This document shows, piece after piece, positions 1-12,889 of a stretch of DNA of 64,000 bases. Source of the stretch: Octopus vulgaris. Its lineage: Eukaryota. A program made the position numbers and the translations under genes. The DNA is taken from positions 63,054,001 to 63,118,000 of the forward strand of contig OX597825.1 of NCBI GenBank assembly GCA_951406725.2. Reading direction: 5' to 3'. Position 1 is the first letter of the stretch. Each line of letters starts with the position of its first letter. The notes under the pieces were generated by a model. It did no database searches and had not been told where the DNA came from. It was given only the letters and a program-made list of their open reading frames with translations.

Positions 1-228
1 CATTGTCTTGTTGCAATATCAGAACTGCCATAATAGTTCAGCATAATATCTGCCATAATGGTTCAGCATAATGATCTCAGGCACCTGAGATCATTATCGT
101 GTATGGTATGCAATGAATTAACCAAACACTCACAATTGTTGCGTATGTGTGAATTTTCTTCTTGTCAACTTTCTCTCTTACACTCTACTTTGGATTCAAA
201 TGCAGACACTATATGTATCTCTTGCATC

Positions 229-248
229 CTTCTCTCTCATTCTCTCTC

Positions 249-283
<35 letters not shown>

Positions 284-372
284 CTCTTCTCTCTCTTTCT
301 CTCTTTCTCTCTCATTCTCTCTTTCTTTCTCTCTTTCTCTTTTTTCTCCCTCTCTTTCTCTCTTTCTGCCTC
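229..372. repeat. (CT)/(TTTCTC)-rich low-complexity tract
   Basis: Direct reading; it generates the spurious S/L/F-rich ORFs. Confidence 0.95.
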
Positions 373-437
373 TGTATATACTTGTATACAGACACATATA
401 TGAGTTTATTACCCAAACAGGAATCCAACAAAATACA

Positions 438-440
<3 letters not shown>

Positions 441-514
<74 letters not shown>
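441..514. repeat. (CA)n microsatellite
   Basis: Direct reading. Confidence 0.98.
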
Positions 515-517
<3 letters not shown>

Positions 518-709
518 GCACACACGGGGTCTGGTTGAAAAGTTCATAAGCTGAGATAGATACTTTCATGAAAAGTGACCAAATGAGTTTATCTTTCAAT
601 GTAGTCCACCTTGTAATCCACTCACTCCTTCTATCAGTATTGCAGTGATTGGATCCCGTTGATGAAGAAGATTCCATCCTGTTGGTCAAAGAGCCAATCA
701 ACAGCATAT

Positions 710-1020
710 GTTATTGTTGTTTGTTCCTTCTCAAGCCATGCCTGGCTCATAACAGCCAATTTTCCCAGTTACATTGGTTATAGGTTCCCCACCTGGATGG
801 CACTCTGCTCCATCGCAGATGAACTGCAAGATGCAGGAGGAAAGAATGAGAGAAAGTTGTTGCAAAAGAGTCAGCAGCAGTTTGCCACTATCTTCTGCCA
901 AAGCTGCATGGAGCTTAGGTGTTTCGCTCATAAATGCACACATCACCCAGTCTGAGATTCGAACCCCTGATTCTTTGACCACAATACCACTGCTCTAACT
1001 ACTAGGCCATATGTCTCCAC
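710..1020 (-). mobile_element. tRNA-derived SINE family D, inserted in the mariner
   Basis: A/B-box-like head, (AAC)n tail, 12-bp TSD TCAACAGCATAT at 698-709 and 1021-1032; homologous to 16343 and 29558. Confidence 0.9.
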
Positions 1021-1680
1021 TCAACAGCATATATGATATCATATCACTGTAATACTGGTTTGTTGGGGAACAGATAATGGTAAGATGGAGCCAAATTGGG
1101 AGAAAAGGGAGAGTGATCAACCAGTTCAAAGCCACAGTCATGCACAGCAGCCATTGAAAGCAAGGACTTGTGTGCTGGAGAATTGTACTGATGAAACAAT
1201 ACCCCTTTCCTCAGTTTTATTGGGCAGCTGGTATTGAAATCCTTTCATAACCACCTCAGCAAATTGGCATTGCACTTTTCATTGATAGAGTGGTGCTTTC
1301 AAAGATAATCAAGAAACGCGATGTCTTTTTGCACCCTAGAATACTGGGGTCATAACTTTCCCTACAGATGAAACTACTTTTAGTTTAAGGAGCAGGTGCA
1401 GAGGACACTCTTCTGTATGGATTGTCTCTTTATCTCTGGCTCAAAGTGAGGCACCCAGCACACATGCTGGGTCAAGAAGCAGTCAAGAAAACCAGCTGGA
1501 TCTGTCTCAAACAATGTCAGCTTTTCCTATGATGGGATCAGCCTGCTGTGTTTTTTATCAGGTATCAGAAGATGCGGCCCCACTAAACAGAGACCTTCAT
1601 CATGTCAAGATCATTGGGTAGAATATTCTCAACTCTCTCATGGGACTCTATTTGATTTATAGTCAATCGCCTATAATCTA

Positions 1681-1924
1681 ATTTCTTTATTGCCTACAAG
1701 GGGCTAAACATAGAGGGGACAAACAAGGACAGACAAAGGGATTAAGTCGATTACATCGACCTCAGTGTGCAACTGGTACTTAATTTATCGACCCCGAAAG
1801 GATGAAAGGCAAAGTCGCCCTCGGTGGAATTTGAACTCAGAATGTAAAGACAGAAGAAATACCTCTAAGCATTTCTCCCAGCATGCTAACGTTTCTGCCA
1901 GCTTGCCACCTTAGCCAGCTCGCC
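1681..1924 (-). mobile_element. tRNA-derived SINE family B, inserted in the mariner
   Basis: Head GGCGAGCTGGCAGAA, core GCCTTTCATCCTTTCGGGGTCGATAAATTAAGTACC; flanking repeat CGCCTATAATCTA at 1668-1680 and 1921-1933. Confidence 0.9.
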
Positions 1925-2191
1925 TATAATCTATCACCATGTGGTGAACCTAATCGATATTTTCCTTAGTGGTAGCAGCTGCAGAACGTCCAGACCTTGG
2001 ATCATATCCAAGACTCTTTTTTCCCTCCTAAATTCAGTTGCTCACTTTTTGCACTGTTAATAGAGTGAGAGCCTTGTCCTCTAATCTAATAATCATGTCA
2101 GCATGAATGTCCTTGTAAGCTACATCCTTTTACTGCAGGTACTTGATAAGAGCAGAATACCAAATTTATATATGTATATATATATATTTAT

Positions 2192-2520
2192 ATCGTCGTC
2201 GTTTAACGTCCGCTTTCCATGCTAGCATGGGTTGGACGATTTGACTGAGGACTGGCAAACCAAGTGGCTGCACCAGGCTCCAATCTGATCTGGCAGAGTT
2301 TCTACAGCTGGAAGCCCTTCCTAACGCCAACCACTTCGAGAGTGTAGTGGGTGCTTTTACGTGCCAACGGCATGAGGGCCAGTCAGGGAGTACTGGCAAC
2401 GGCCCCGGAAAAATCATGTTTTTTCTTCATTTTTTACATTTGTTACGTGTCACCTGCACACCGGCACAAGTGCCAGTAAGGCGCTGCTGGTATCGATCAT
2501 GCTCGAATGGTGCTTTTTAT
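2192..2520 (-). mobile_element. RTE LINE 3' UTR fragment
   Basis: Reverse complement of the ..CCATGCTAGCATGGAAAGCGGACGTTAAACGA tail also seen at 3370-4003. Confidence 0.85.
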
Positions 2521-3082
2521 AAACGCAATGGGACCAAACCCAAAACCGTGTGGTTGGGAAGCAAGCTTCTCACCACAGAGCTACCAAAACATTTGCACTT
2601 CATCGTACATTCGCTGACTATGCACATCCACTGAAGCAAACCAGTTTCATTTCTTTCAAGTCTTCACATATCCTCTACACTTAAAAAGGATATTATATAA
2701 ATAAACATAACTATGATCATGGTCAGTCATATTCTTAGGGATTTTTGTTCAACTTGTATGTTTAGTATGGAACACTTGCATTCCTAAATCAATTACATAG
2801 ACGTTTTGATAACTTCAAACTCACATTTCCAAATTAAATTATTCTAAATGATGCACACAGAAACATGAAAAATACTTAATAAGAAATGATTGAAGTGGAG
2901 CATAGTCGTGTGGCACATACACACACAAGCACAGATAAACATATAAATACATATATTATCATTGTATATAATTTAATAATATTGTCACTGAATCAGTGAA
3001 CTTGTATTTTCAACCAACTGATTCTGCAGTAGATATATTTCACTATTACTACAAGTGGCATACCAACATATATATATAAATA

Positions 3083-3114
<32 letters not shown>

Positions 3115-3323
3115 CATATATATATCCATGAAAAGCTTTTTTCAGTTTCTGTGTACCAAATCTATTCTCAAGGTAATGGTATAAAACACTTGCATGCAGT
3201 ACTGCACAGTGAAACTGAACCCAGAACCTTGTGGTCGCAATGCAATAATCTTACCACACAGCCACACCTGCACTTATATATAAAAAATATATATATACAT
3301 GTTTATATATATAAATATATACC

Positions 3324-3369
<46 letters not shown>

Positions 3370-3371
<2 letters not shown>

Positions 3372-4003
3372 AAAACTTGGGACGAGGTGGTGAAGCACGA
3401 CCTTCGAACTTTAGGTCTCACTGAGGAAATGACCAGCGACCGAGACCTTTGGAAATATGCTGTGCGTGAAAAGGCCAGGCAGGACAAGTGAGTCCAGCCC
3501 ATTTATGCATGCCTTTCCTCCCTTGGACATACAAACACCTGTTGAGGCAAGCGAAGTCGATATGAAACCTCATCCGACGACAGGCACCTATGCTTGCGAA
3601 GACCTGTTGGGGCAAGTGAAATCGAAATCGGAATCGAAATTGAACCAATCCTATGACTGGCACCCGGCAGATGCCAGGACCCCTGGACTGGAGATACGTA
3701 AAAAGCACTATCCAAATCGTGGCCGATGCTAGCACCGCTTCGACTGGCTTCCGCACAGGTGGCACGTAAAATGCACCAATCCGACCGTGGCTGATGCCAG
3801 CCTCGCCAGGCACCAGTGCAGGTGGCACGTAAAAAGCACCTACTACACTCACGGAGTGGTTGGCGTTAGGAAGGGCATCCAGCTGTAGAAAAATTGCCAG
3901 ATAAGACCGGAGCCTGGTGCAGGTTTCTGGCTTCCCAGATCCCCGGTCGAACCGTCCAACCCATGCTAGCATGGAGAACGGACGTTAAACGATGATGATG
4001 ATG
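3370..4003 (+). mobile_element. 5'-truncated RTE-clade LINE (ORF C-terminus, 3' UTR, (GAT)n tail)
   Basis: KTWDEVVKHDLRTLGLTEEMTSDRDLWKYAV matches the RTE C-terminal W..V..D....DR..W pattern; UTR has GGTGGCACGTAAAA subrepeats. Confidence 0.85.
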
Positions 4004-4055
4004 ATATATATATATATATATATATACATACATACATATACATATATATATATAC

Positions 4056-4098
<43 letters not shown>

Positions 4099-4123
4099 CA
4101 TACATATACATATATATATATAC

Positions 4124-4157
<34 letters not shown>

Positions 4158-4889
4158 TAACTTTTGTACATGCTTTGTGTATGTAGTTGTGTATATATTT
4201 TTGGTGTGGTGGTGGTGAAGAATGAGAGGGGAAAAGAGCAGATAGAAAATAGAAAATATAAGTGCAAGATCCGTAGGAGTAAAAGAGAGAAATTGTCATC
4301 TTCATCATTATTTTCATCATCACTGTCATCATCATCATCATGATCATCCTCATCAACAACAACATTGCCAGTCATCATTGTCATCATTATCATCATCATC
4401 ATCGTCGACGTCATTGTCGTCATGAGTCATCATCATCATCATCGTGATCATCAATGACAACATCTTCATCAATGTCACTATCGCTATTATCATCAGCATT
4501 CCTCTCACAATATTCTCCCTGTCGAAAATGAAAAAGAAAATAATTCTCATGAGGGCACCTGTGCATATCCTGAAACCTGTTCCTATAAAACAATCTATAA
4601 TGTGAAGAGGCAATTGTCATTTCTTGTCACTCAGATCTATTTTGATATACTGCTGAGATTTTTATGATCCATTGGAGACCAGTAATCCAGAGACTAGAAG
4701 ACACGATATCATCTTTATGCACATGCACATACACTCACATAAACACACACATACACACACAAACACACATACACGCACATACCCACACACATATGCACAC
4801 AGGATCAATGAATCAACGAACTTATGTTCAAAGATGTTGCCATAAATATATTTTACTATTACGGCATGTGACACTGACGCATGGATATA

Positions 4890-5107
4890 CTCTTTTACTC
4901 TTTTACTTGTTTCAGTCATTTGACTGTGGCCATGCTGGAGCACTGCCTTTTTTAGTCGAGCAAATCGAAGCCAGGACTTATTCTTTGTAAGCCTAGTACT
5001 TACTCTATTGGTCTCTTTTGCTGAACTGCTAAGTGACAGGGACATAAACACATCAGCATCAATTATCAAGCAATGTTGGGGGAACAAACACAGACACACA
5101 AACATAT

Positions 5108-5139
<32 letters not shown>

Positions 5140-5322
5140 TTATATTCATACATATATACAACGGGCTTCTTTCAGTTTCCGTCTACCAAATCTACTCATA
5201 AGGTTTTCATCAGCCCGAGGTTATAGCAGAAGACACTTGCCCAAGGTGCCATGCTGTGGTACTGAACCCAGAACCATGTGGTTGGTAAACAAGCTACTTA
5301 CTACACAGCCACTCCTACACCT
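4890..5322 (-). mobile_element. tRNA-derived SINE family A (CORE-like, internal TA/TG microsatellite)
   Basis: Head AGGAGTGGCTGTGT-GTAAG, CORE-like CACCTTGGGCAAGTG, tail GAAACAAGTAAAAGAGT; more than ten copies in the window. Confidence 0.9.
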
Positions 5323-6204
5323 ATATATATATATCATTACTATCATCATCATTACCATCGTCATCATCGTCATTAGTTGCAGTACGGAGCAAATGACAAC
5401 CTTATAAGAAACAATGGAGATGTTTGGTGATATGAGGTTCTAGAGAAGACTCACCTACATCAGTGAAACTGAGTGCTAGAAGCACTGTGTCCCATCCACA
5501 TATAACAATAAACTTTTTACACATCCTGCCCCAAAAAACTGAACTGCTTCTCCTCTTCTAAACTGCATCTTTCTCTTTCTCACATTCCCTCTTCATATAA
5601 AATGATTGTTTCCCACTCTCCTTCCCTACCCTTACTGCCCTGTTAACTGCATCACAGTGTTCCCCCACTCCTTCATTATCCCCAGGTTTTCACCAGTCAC
5701 TGCAATCCCCACTCCCTAATCACACCTTCTTGACAATACTTGGCCATATATATTATGACCTCCGCCCTTTAAGGGCATACCCTGGCAAATGCCACCATTT
5801 ATCTCTCTCTCCCTTACTCTACCGTCACATCTATGCTCTGATACTTGTTACTTGTGATATACCCTGGCAATTTATCACTCTCTTTTTCCTACTCTCTCTT
5901 GCACCTTTGCTGTTTCCCAGTCTCTCTCTCTCTTTCCCTTGCTCTTCCTTCTGGTTGGGTAACCATGTATCTCCTCTACAGCAGCAAACACCAATTTCTG
6001 CCTTTATTCTTTATCACTCTAACTCTCCCGTCTTGCTTTTCCCTCTACCTGGTATCTCCTTTATATCTTTGCACCTATTTCTGTCCTCTTTCTTGTACCT
6101 CTCTCCCCTCTCTCTCTCTCTTCCCTTCCCTCACATTCTCTTCTCTCTGTTCTCTGTCTCTCGCTGGGTAACCAAGTACCTCCTCTGTAGCAAGACACAT
6201 GTCT

Positions 6205-6437
6205 CTTATTTCTTTATTGCCCACAAGGAGCTAAACATAGAGGGTACAAACAAGGACAGACAAAGGGATTAAGTCGATTACATCAACCCCAGTGCATAAC
6301 AGGTACTGAATTTATCGGCTCCAAAAGGATGAAACGTAAAGTCTACTCCGGCGGAATTTGAACTCAGAACATGACCGCAGATGAAATACCGCTAAGCAAT
6401 TCGTTTGGCGTGTTACGTTTCTGCCAGCTTGCCACCT
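6205..6437 (-). mobile_element. SINE family B
   Basis: Homologous to 1681-1924. Confidence 0.85.
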
Positions 6438-6544
6438 GTTTCTGCCTCTCTGTTTCTCTGTCACACACTAACCTTTCATCATCTGACAAAAGATCCCCTT
6501 CTCCAATGCCTCAGCCCCTCCCAAAATTCGTTTTCTTGCAAGTT

Positions 6545-6835
6545 ATTTGGTCATCCTGCCGCCAGTGCTGGTGCCATGTAAAGTGGCTGGCATTTGGAAG
6601 GGCAACCAACTATAAAAATCATGCCAAAACTGCCCTCACCTGTGCTGGTACCACATAAAAAGCACTGAGTCCATTCTGCAGAGTGGTTGGTATTAGGAAG
6701 GGCATCCAGCCGTAAAATCCCTGCCAAAAGAGACACAGCAGACTAGCTGGCTCTTGTCAACTGTCCTACACATACATGCATGGAAGTCAGACGTTGAATG
6801 ACGGTGATGATGACGACGATGATGATGATGATGAT
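6545..6835 (+). mobile_element. RTE LINE 3' end
   Basis: GGTTGGTATTAGGAAGGGCATCCAGC motif followed by (GAT)n tail. Confidence 0.75.
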
Positions 6836-8572
6836 TTATATAATTTACACACACACACAAACACACTCATGCACACATGCATACACACATATGCATACAC
6901 ACACATATAGCTATGTATATAAATCAATTCAAATTTGACCAAGAACTCATGTAACTCATGTTGAGTAATTTTCTTTTTTAATCTTCAATTTTTAATCAGA
7001 AATTTTTTTTTTATTTCCAACAGATTTTATTTGATAATCCTGGTCAATTTGAAATATACAAACATATTTCTCACCACGCTGTAAGAATTTACAAGGATTA
7101 AAAAGAGCAACGTAAGAAGTCAATTCCGTATAATTATTTCATTTGTTACTGTTTGGCTTTTCTGCATTTCATGGTTTGTAAATCCCATGAGATATTTCTC
7201 TTACAACAGGTAAGAGAAATTTTGTTGTATACAAGGATGAACAGGAGTTATAGAACTGGTTGAGATCTATCTCAATATTGTCACTTGATACAGTGGTTAT
7301 TCTCCTCACATAAGAAGTAAAATTGGCACAAATTAACCATGATTTCCCTGCAGATGTTCTTGATCAAAAAGAAGAAAAAAGAAAATAAAAAAAGCATTTC
7401 TCAGTAGATTAATTGCTATTCAGCATCTACAATTCATACTTAGTTCGTATATCTTGGGATTAAGAAAATACGCCCACCACCTGTAAAATAATAAGAATAT
7501 CAGGTTAGCTTTAATAATTAAAATGTTTCAGATTTACAATTTTTCTCTTGATGATTCCTTATTTACATACAGAAGACATCATGTGAAATTTTGCTCACAA
7601 AAGATGGTTTACTGACAACTGGTTTACATGGTTAATATTGTCACACAGAGGATTCTATTTTTGACAGGTTTTAAAAGAAATCATAAATCTTCCAGTGAGA
7701 AAATTATAAACAGTATTGCAGAGAAAGAGAGAATTATTTAAAATTAAGTCTATAGTGATTTGGAGAATACGAGAGAAATTGAAAGGGAGCAAACTCATAG
7801 ATACAAAATTCTTCTGTTGTCAGTCATGTCTAGAACACAAAGGTATAGAAATGAAAAACACACATTGGTACTCTTTCTAAGGTGTTCTGTAGTTTATCAT
7901 AACATGTTATTCTATAGTTGTATATCAATTGTAACATTATAGTGTACAGGGATGTGTCATAAACAAGGCTCTACACTACACATCCAGTGTCTGAAATTGC
8001 CAGCTCTGCTTCTGTGAGTGACAGCACATCCTCCACTAACCTGCAGTATTTATCAACAAGAAGTCCTATCTTATTGCTGCCATCAGAGATACACTCTCCT
8101 GGTGAACTTCAAACCACTGGCTGCCGACAACCCAAATATATTACTGTAATACTGTCTGCTCCTAAATACTAACTGCTCTACAAATAAGAACAGGGCTCCT
8201 AACCACCAATACCTATGCAGACTGCTGGCTGACCTCCCACCAACCTTATTCATTCCCTGTGATCCCCTACATTTGTCTCCATAAATGCTGTGTGCTCAAA
8301 CAGACACTCACACACACGTCTATACACATGCACACACACTATGTAGTATGCTTCTCTCTTCCCTTCTCCCCACTCCAAACCACCCAATCTCAGTTCAACC
8401 CCAACTCTATCTCCAAGAAACTCTGTTGCAACTGCACTAGCATACACCTGTCATACCCACAGATACAAATTACTAAAAGCATGCATATATATATACATAC
8501 ACAAAGATACACAGACACATACATGTTCTTCCAGACAAGCATTCACTCATATGTTTATACACAAACACAAAA

Positions 8573-8714
8573 AGGCATAGGAGTGGCTGTGTGGTAAGTA
8601 GCTTGCTTACCAACCACATGGTTCCAGGTTCAGTACCACTGCGTGGCACCTTGGGAAAGTGTCTTCTACTGTAGCCTCAGGCCGACCAAAGCCTTATGAG
8701 TGGATTTGGTAGAC
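8573..8714 (+). mobile_element. SINE family A, 5' part
   Basis: Head and core match other copies. Confidence 0.85.
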
Positions 8715-8852
8715 CAATAGCAGCCCATTATCCAGTAGCTATCTTGGACTTCTTGTATTTCTCCATTTGGTAATTGGAGCCAGAACAATATATTTCCGTA
8801 AGACGGTTGCTAAACCTGAAGTCACATGGAGCTGAATCAAACTGCTTTAGAC

Positions 8853-8890
<38 letters not shown>

Positions 8891-9867
8891 CATACACACA
8901 CACACACACACACACACATTTGACAAAAATTTATTTGGGCAAAGTTATGATGTACAGCATGTCTTGGACATTTTAGATCTAGCTCTGGCAGAACCAATTT
9001 CTCTTCAGAATTTAACTAAAGTTGATTTGTTCCAGGGAGAAAGATATGAATCAACTTCTGTATGGGACTGTACCTAATTGACACTGAAAGAATGAAAGGT
9101 GAAGCTCACCAGTGGAATATTAGAACTCAGTGAGTAGACAACCTGAATGAATGTTGCTAGGCAATCTATCTGATGCTCTAATGACTTTGCCATTTCACTA
9201 CCTAAGTTTGATTGATATGAGTATCAGCATCTAAGTACAACAAACACACATATACATATATATGTAGCAAGGTTTTTGGTTGATATTAATCCTAAATAAT
9301 CAATTTTCTAATAATGCTATACAGCTAAACTTTCCGTCTTTTATCTTATAACATCGGAAAATGTATTTTTAGAAGAGATCACTATTTGATTAAGCCAGAA
9401 ACAAGCACATTGCAATACAGTAAAGAAAATTGTAATCCTTTAATATAGTTAGATAATTGTATATTATCAAAATAATATCTTATTTAGATAAGAAATTAAT
9501 TTCTAAGTATTACTGTGTAGAGACAGGAAGTAATTAAGAGTAATTGAATAAAACTGGACGAGGTGAGTGATCTTCATGACACAGGTGGAGGGCAACCGGT
9601 GTGAGAATCTCTATGTAAAGAACTGATGAACATTTCACAAAATCATTATATCTGTATTACCAAAAGAAGTTCATTGAATATTTAGACTGGATATACAAAA
9701 CAAATGAGGGCCAAGACGTTCATAATTGGAAAGTCATTGAAGATCTTATAATTGCTCGATTAGACTTGTTTTGGAGGTATAAACAACAACAACAGCAGCA
9801 GCAACAACAACAACAACAACTACTACTACTACCACCACTTAATAATAATAATAATAATAATAATAAA

Positions 9868-10422
9868 TACCCTGATGCAGTACCAGGCAGTGACTGCCAT
9901 GGCTGCTGATCTTAACTGATTGGAAGTGTTATCAAGTACATTGTTTTGTCTTGGTATAAAAGATGGGCTACAGCAAATATTCTGCTCAATACCACAGATT
10001 TGCTTGTCAGTTGTTTGACCTTAACTAGTTGAGCATGTCCCTTAGTGGCTGACGATATGTGCATCTCTAATCATCAACAAAAGTAGTGGGGGAGCATCAT
10101 AGCCGTGTGTTGAAAGGAATTCTTGGAAGTTTGAATAATTCACCTTTGGGAACATGGTTGGTTCATTCAACATCCTTAAACAATCCTTATTCAGGGACCT
10201 TTTAAGTGGGATGGACTACTCGACCTGAAGAAAATTCTAACTGGGCCCTACTTGCATGGTCATGCACTGTTTATATTGATATGAGGTCACCATGTCACAC
10301 ACATATTGTTGTGAGGCATTTGGCTAGTGTACCCATATCAGATGGGTAGTCATGATGGGTATATTGGGCTTCATATATTTTACCCCAGTGTCACATTGAT
10401 AGCATGCACTGCTCTCTAACTC
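9868..10422 (+). mobile_element. Probable non-coding interspersed element lying inside an (AAT)n tract
   Basis: Higher-complexity ~555 bp block bracketed by (AAT)n at 9840-9866 and 10423-10488; single copy here, so repeat status rests on recall. Confidence 0.55.
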
Positions 10423-10488
<66 letters not shown>

Positions 10489-11213
10489 TCACCCAGAACT
10501 ATCAAACCAATGTGATGAAAAATGGTGTAGACCCAAAGTGTCAATACTGCAATGATGGGATAGAAACAGCAGACCACCTAATCTCCGGATGTAAGGTTTT
10601 AGCACCTGTAGAGTACAAATCAAGACATGACAGAGTTGGCCAATATCTACATTGGATTATGTGTCATCATCATCATCATCATCATCGTTTAGCGTCCATT
10701 TTCCATGCTAGCATGGGTTGGACGGTTCTACTGGGGTCTGTGAAGCCAGAAGGCTTCATCAGGCCCAGTCAAATCTGGCAGTGTTTCTACGGCTGGATGC
10801 CCTTCCTAATGCCAAAATTATAAAATCAAATCTGCTGAGGATGTAACTGAGGGAGAAAATGTAACTATTCTTTGGGACTTCCCAGTACAGATCAGGTCAT
10901 CAAGGCAAATAAACCAGATATTGTTGCGAATGACCGAAACAATAAAGTCTGTTTATTGATTGACATGAGCATAACTTATGACCATAATATCTCGGCAAGA
11001 GAATTTGATAAGCTCAGAAAGCTCATCAAAGTTGAAAAGATGTGGCATCTCAAGATAGATACAATACCAGTGATTGTAGGAGCACTTGGAATGATCAAAA
11101 AAGGAACTGAAAATTATTTAAGAATGATCCCTGGCTTACCATCCATGCAGGAAGTGCAAAAGATTGTCTTAACTGGTATGTCACATGTATTCAGAAGAGC
11201 ATTGTTGCTATGA
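10489..11213 (+). mobile_element. 5'-truncated R4/Dong-type non-LTR retrotransposon (zinc knuckle plus restriction-like endonuclease)
   Basis: CQYC..ETADHLISGC CCHC knuckle, YKSRHDRV, KPDIV..LIDMS (PD..D), IPVIVGALG; starts directly after (AAT)n. Confidence 0.85.
10664..10815 (-). mobile_element. RTE 3' tail inserted in the R4/Dong ORF
   Basis: (CAT)n plus CGTTTAGCGTCCATTTTCCATGCTAGCATGG splits the knuckle from the endonuclease. Confidence 0.85.
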
Positions 11214-12302
11214 ATTTACTTTCCTTTTCCCCCTTTTCTTTTATTTTATTCTTTTATTTGTTTCAGTCATTTGACTGTGGCCATACTGGAGCACCACCTT
11301 TAGTCGAGCAAATCGACCCCAGGACTTAATCTTTGTAAGTTTAGTACTTATACTATTGGTCTCTCTTGCCAAATGTATGTATGTAAGTATACACACACAC
11401 ACACATGCATGTGTATGTATGAGCATGTGCATATATGAATATATGCATCTGTGTATGTGTGTGTGTGTGTTTGTGTACTTTCATATGCATATATGTATTA
11501 CTGTGTCAATAAATTGATACATCCAGCCTATTTTTGATATCTTAACATTATATTATGTGATATGATGAAGTTAAGTTATTGCAAAGGAGAGATGGAGTGA
11601 AAAAGAGAAAGTTAATGACAAACCAGTATGCCTACACACTACACTGTCATTGCTACTACTGTTTCTACCACCCTGTGGATGCCCACCACCACCACCACCA
11701 CATCGTACTACAACCAGCACCACTACCACTGTTCCCACCATCATTACTACACCCACGCTCATCAGCCACAGCACTAATATCATAAGGGGGTAACAAAAGA
11801 ATTATGAAATGAAAGAGAAGAGATACTTGTTTGGTTATCTGACAATGTTATTGCCAAGAGAAGCTATTGACGTAGTTTATACTTTAGATTGAAAACATGG
11901 ATGTCTTATTGTCGTGTTGGCCAACAAGGAAGGACAATGTCGCTAAGTTAGAAGGATTCTGGATTGTTCTTAAAGAAATTTGCTGCAAGATATAATGGCG
12001 AGGCGTAGGATTGATTCCATTCAATTAAGGTGGACACTTAAAAATAGGTGAGAAGCTTTGTATTGTATGATAAGAATACAGAAGGTTGGCTTGATGCTGA
12101 GGATGCTATATAGGCGCCTTTGGTTGTTCTTGCTGTTATTGATGTTGTTTAGCTTCGGATCAATTGCAATCATGTAAACCTATGTTACGCTGCATTCCAG
12201 CCATCATTGTTCCATCCTGTCTTTCTAGAAGCATGTGAGACTGCATTACACAATACCTCTTTATATAAAGTGGCAGTGATTGATTTAAGGAACATTTATC
12301 TG

Positions 12303-12432
12303 AGGCATAGGAGTGGCTGTGTGGTAAGTAGCTTGCTTACCAACCACATGGTTCTGGGTTCAGTCCCACTGCATGGTAACTTGGACAAGTGTCTTCTACT
12401 ATAGCCTCAGGCTATAGTAGAAGACACTTGTC
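12303..12432 (+). mobile_element. SINE family A 5' part ending in a fold-back palindrome
   Basis: Head match; perfect 24-bp inverted repeat at 12384-12432. Confidence 0.85.
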
Positions 12433-12479
12433 TATAAAATCGGATGAAATGCAGCTAAGCATTTTATCCAACATTCTTT

Positions 12480-12870
12480 CTTTTCTTTTATTCTTTTTAC
12501 TTGTTTCAGTCATTTGACTGTGGCCATGCTGGAGCATCGCCTTTAGTCAAACAAATCATCTCCAGGACTTATTCTTTGTAGGCCAAGTATTTATTCTATT
12601 GGTCTCTTTAGCTGAACTGCTAAGATACAAGGATGTAAACTCACCAACATTGGTTGTCAAGCAATGGCAGGACAAACACAGACACACACACATATATATA
12701 CATACAATGGGCTTCTTTTCGTTTCCTTCAACCAAATCCCCTCACAAAGCTTTGGTCGGCCTGGGGCTATAGTAGAAGACACATGATCAGGGTGCCATGC
12801 TGTAGGATTGAGCCCAGAACCATGTGATTGGTAAGCAAGCAACTTACCACACAACCATGCCTGTGCCTAT
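12480..12870 (-). mobile_element. SINE family A
   Basis: Full-length homology to other copies. Confidence 0.85.
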
Positions 12871-12889
12871 GGTGTATGAAAAGAAGGTT

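Larger units (their letters stand above)
523..2168 (-). mobile_element. Decayed mariner transposon interrupted by two SINEs
   Basis: Minus-strand translation gives N-terminal KIWYSALIKYLQ*K..KDIH (~2165), GVLFHQYNSPAHKS..GFELVDHSPFSPNLAPS (HQDNAPAH / YSPDLAPSD motifs) and C-terminal FFINGIQSLQ..VDYIER* (~589); stops and frameshifts present. Confidence 0.85.

Noticed and set aside
7990-8260. Very old Penelope GIY-YIG remnant
   Set aside because: The resemblance needs several frameshifts and is too weak to support by eye
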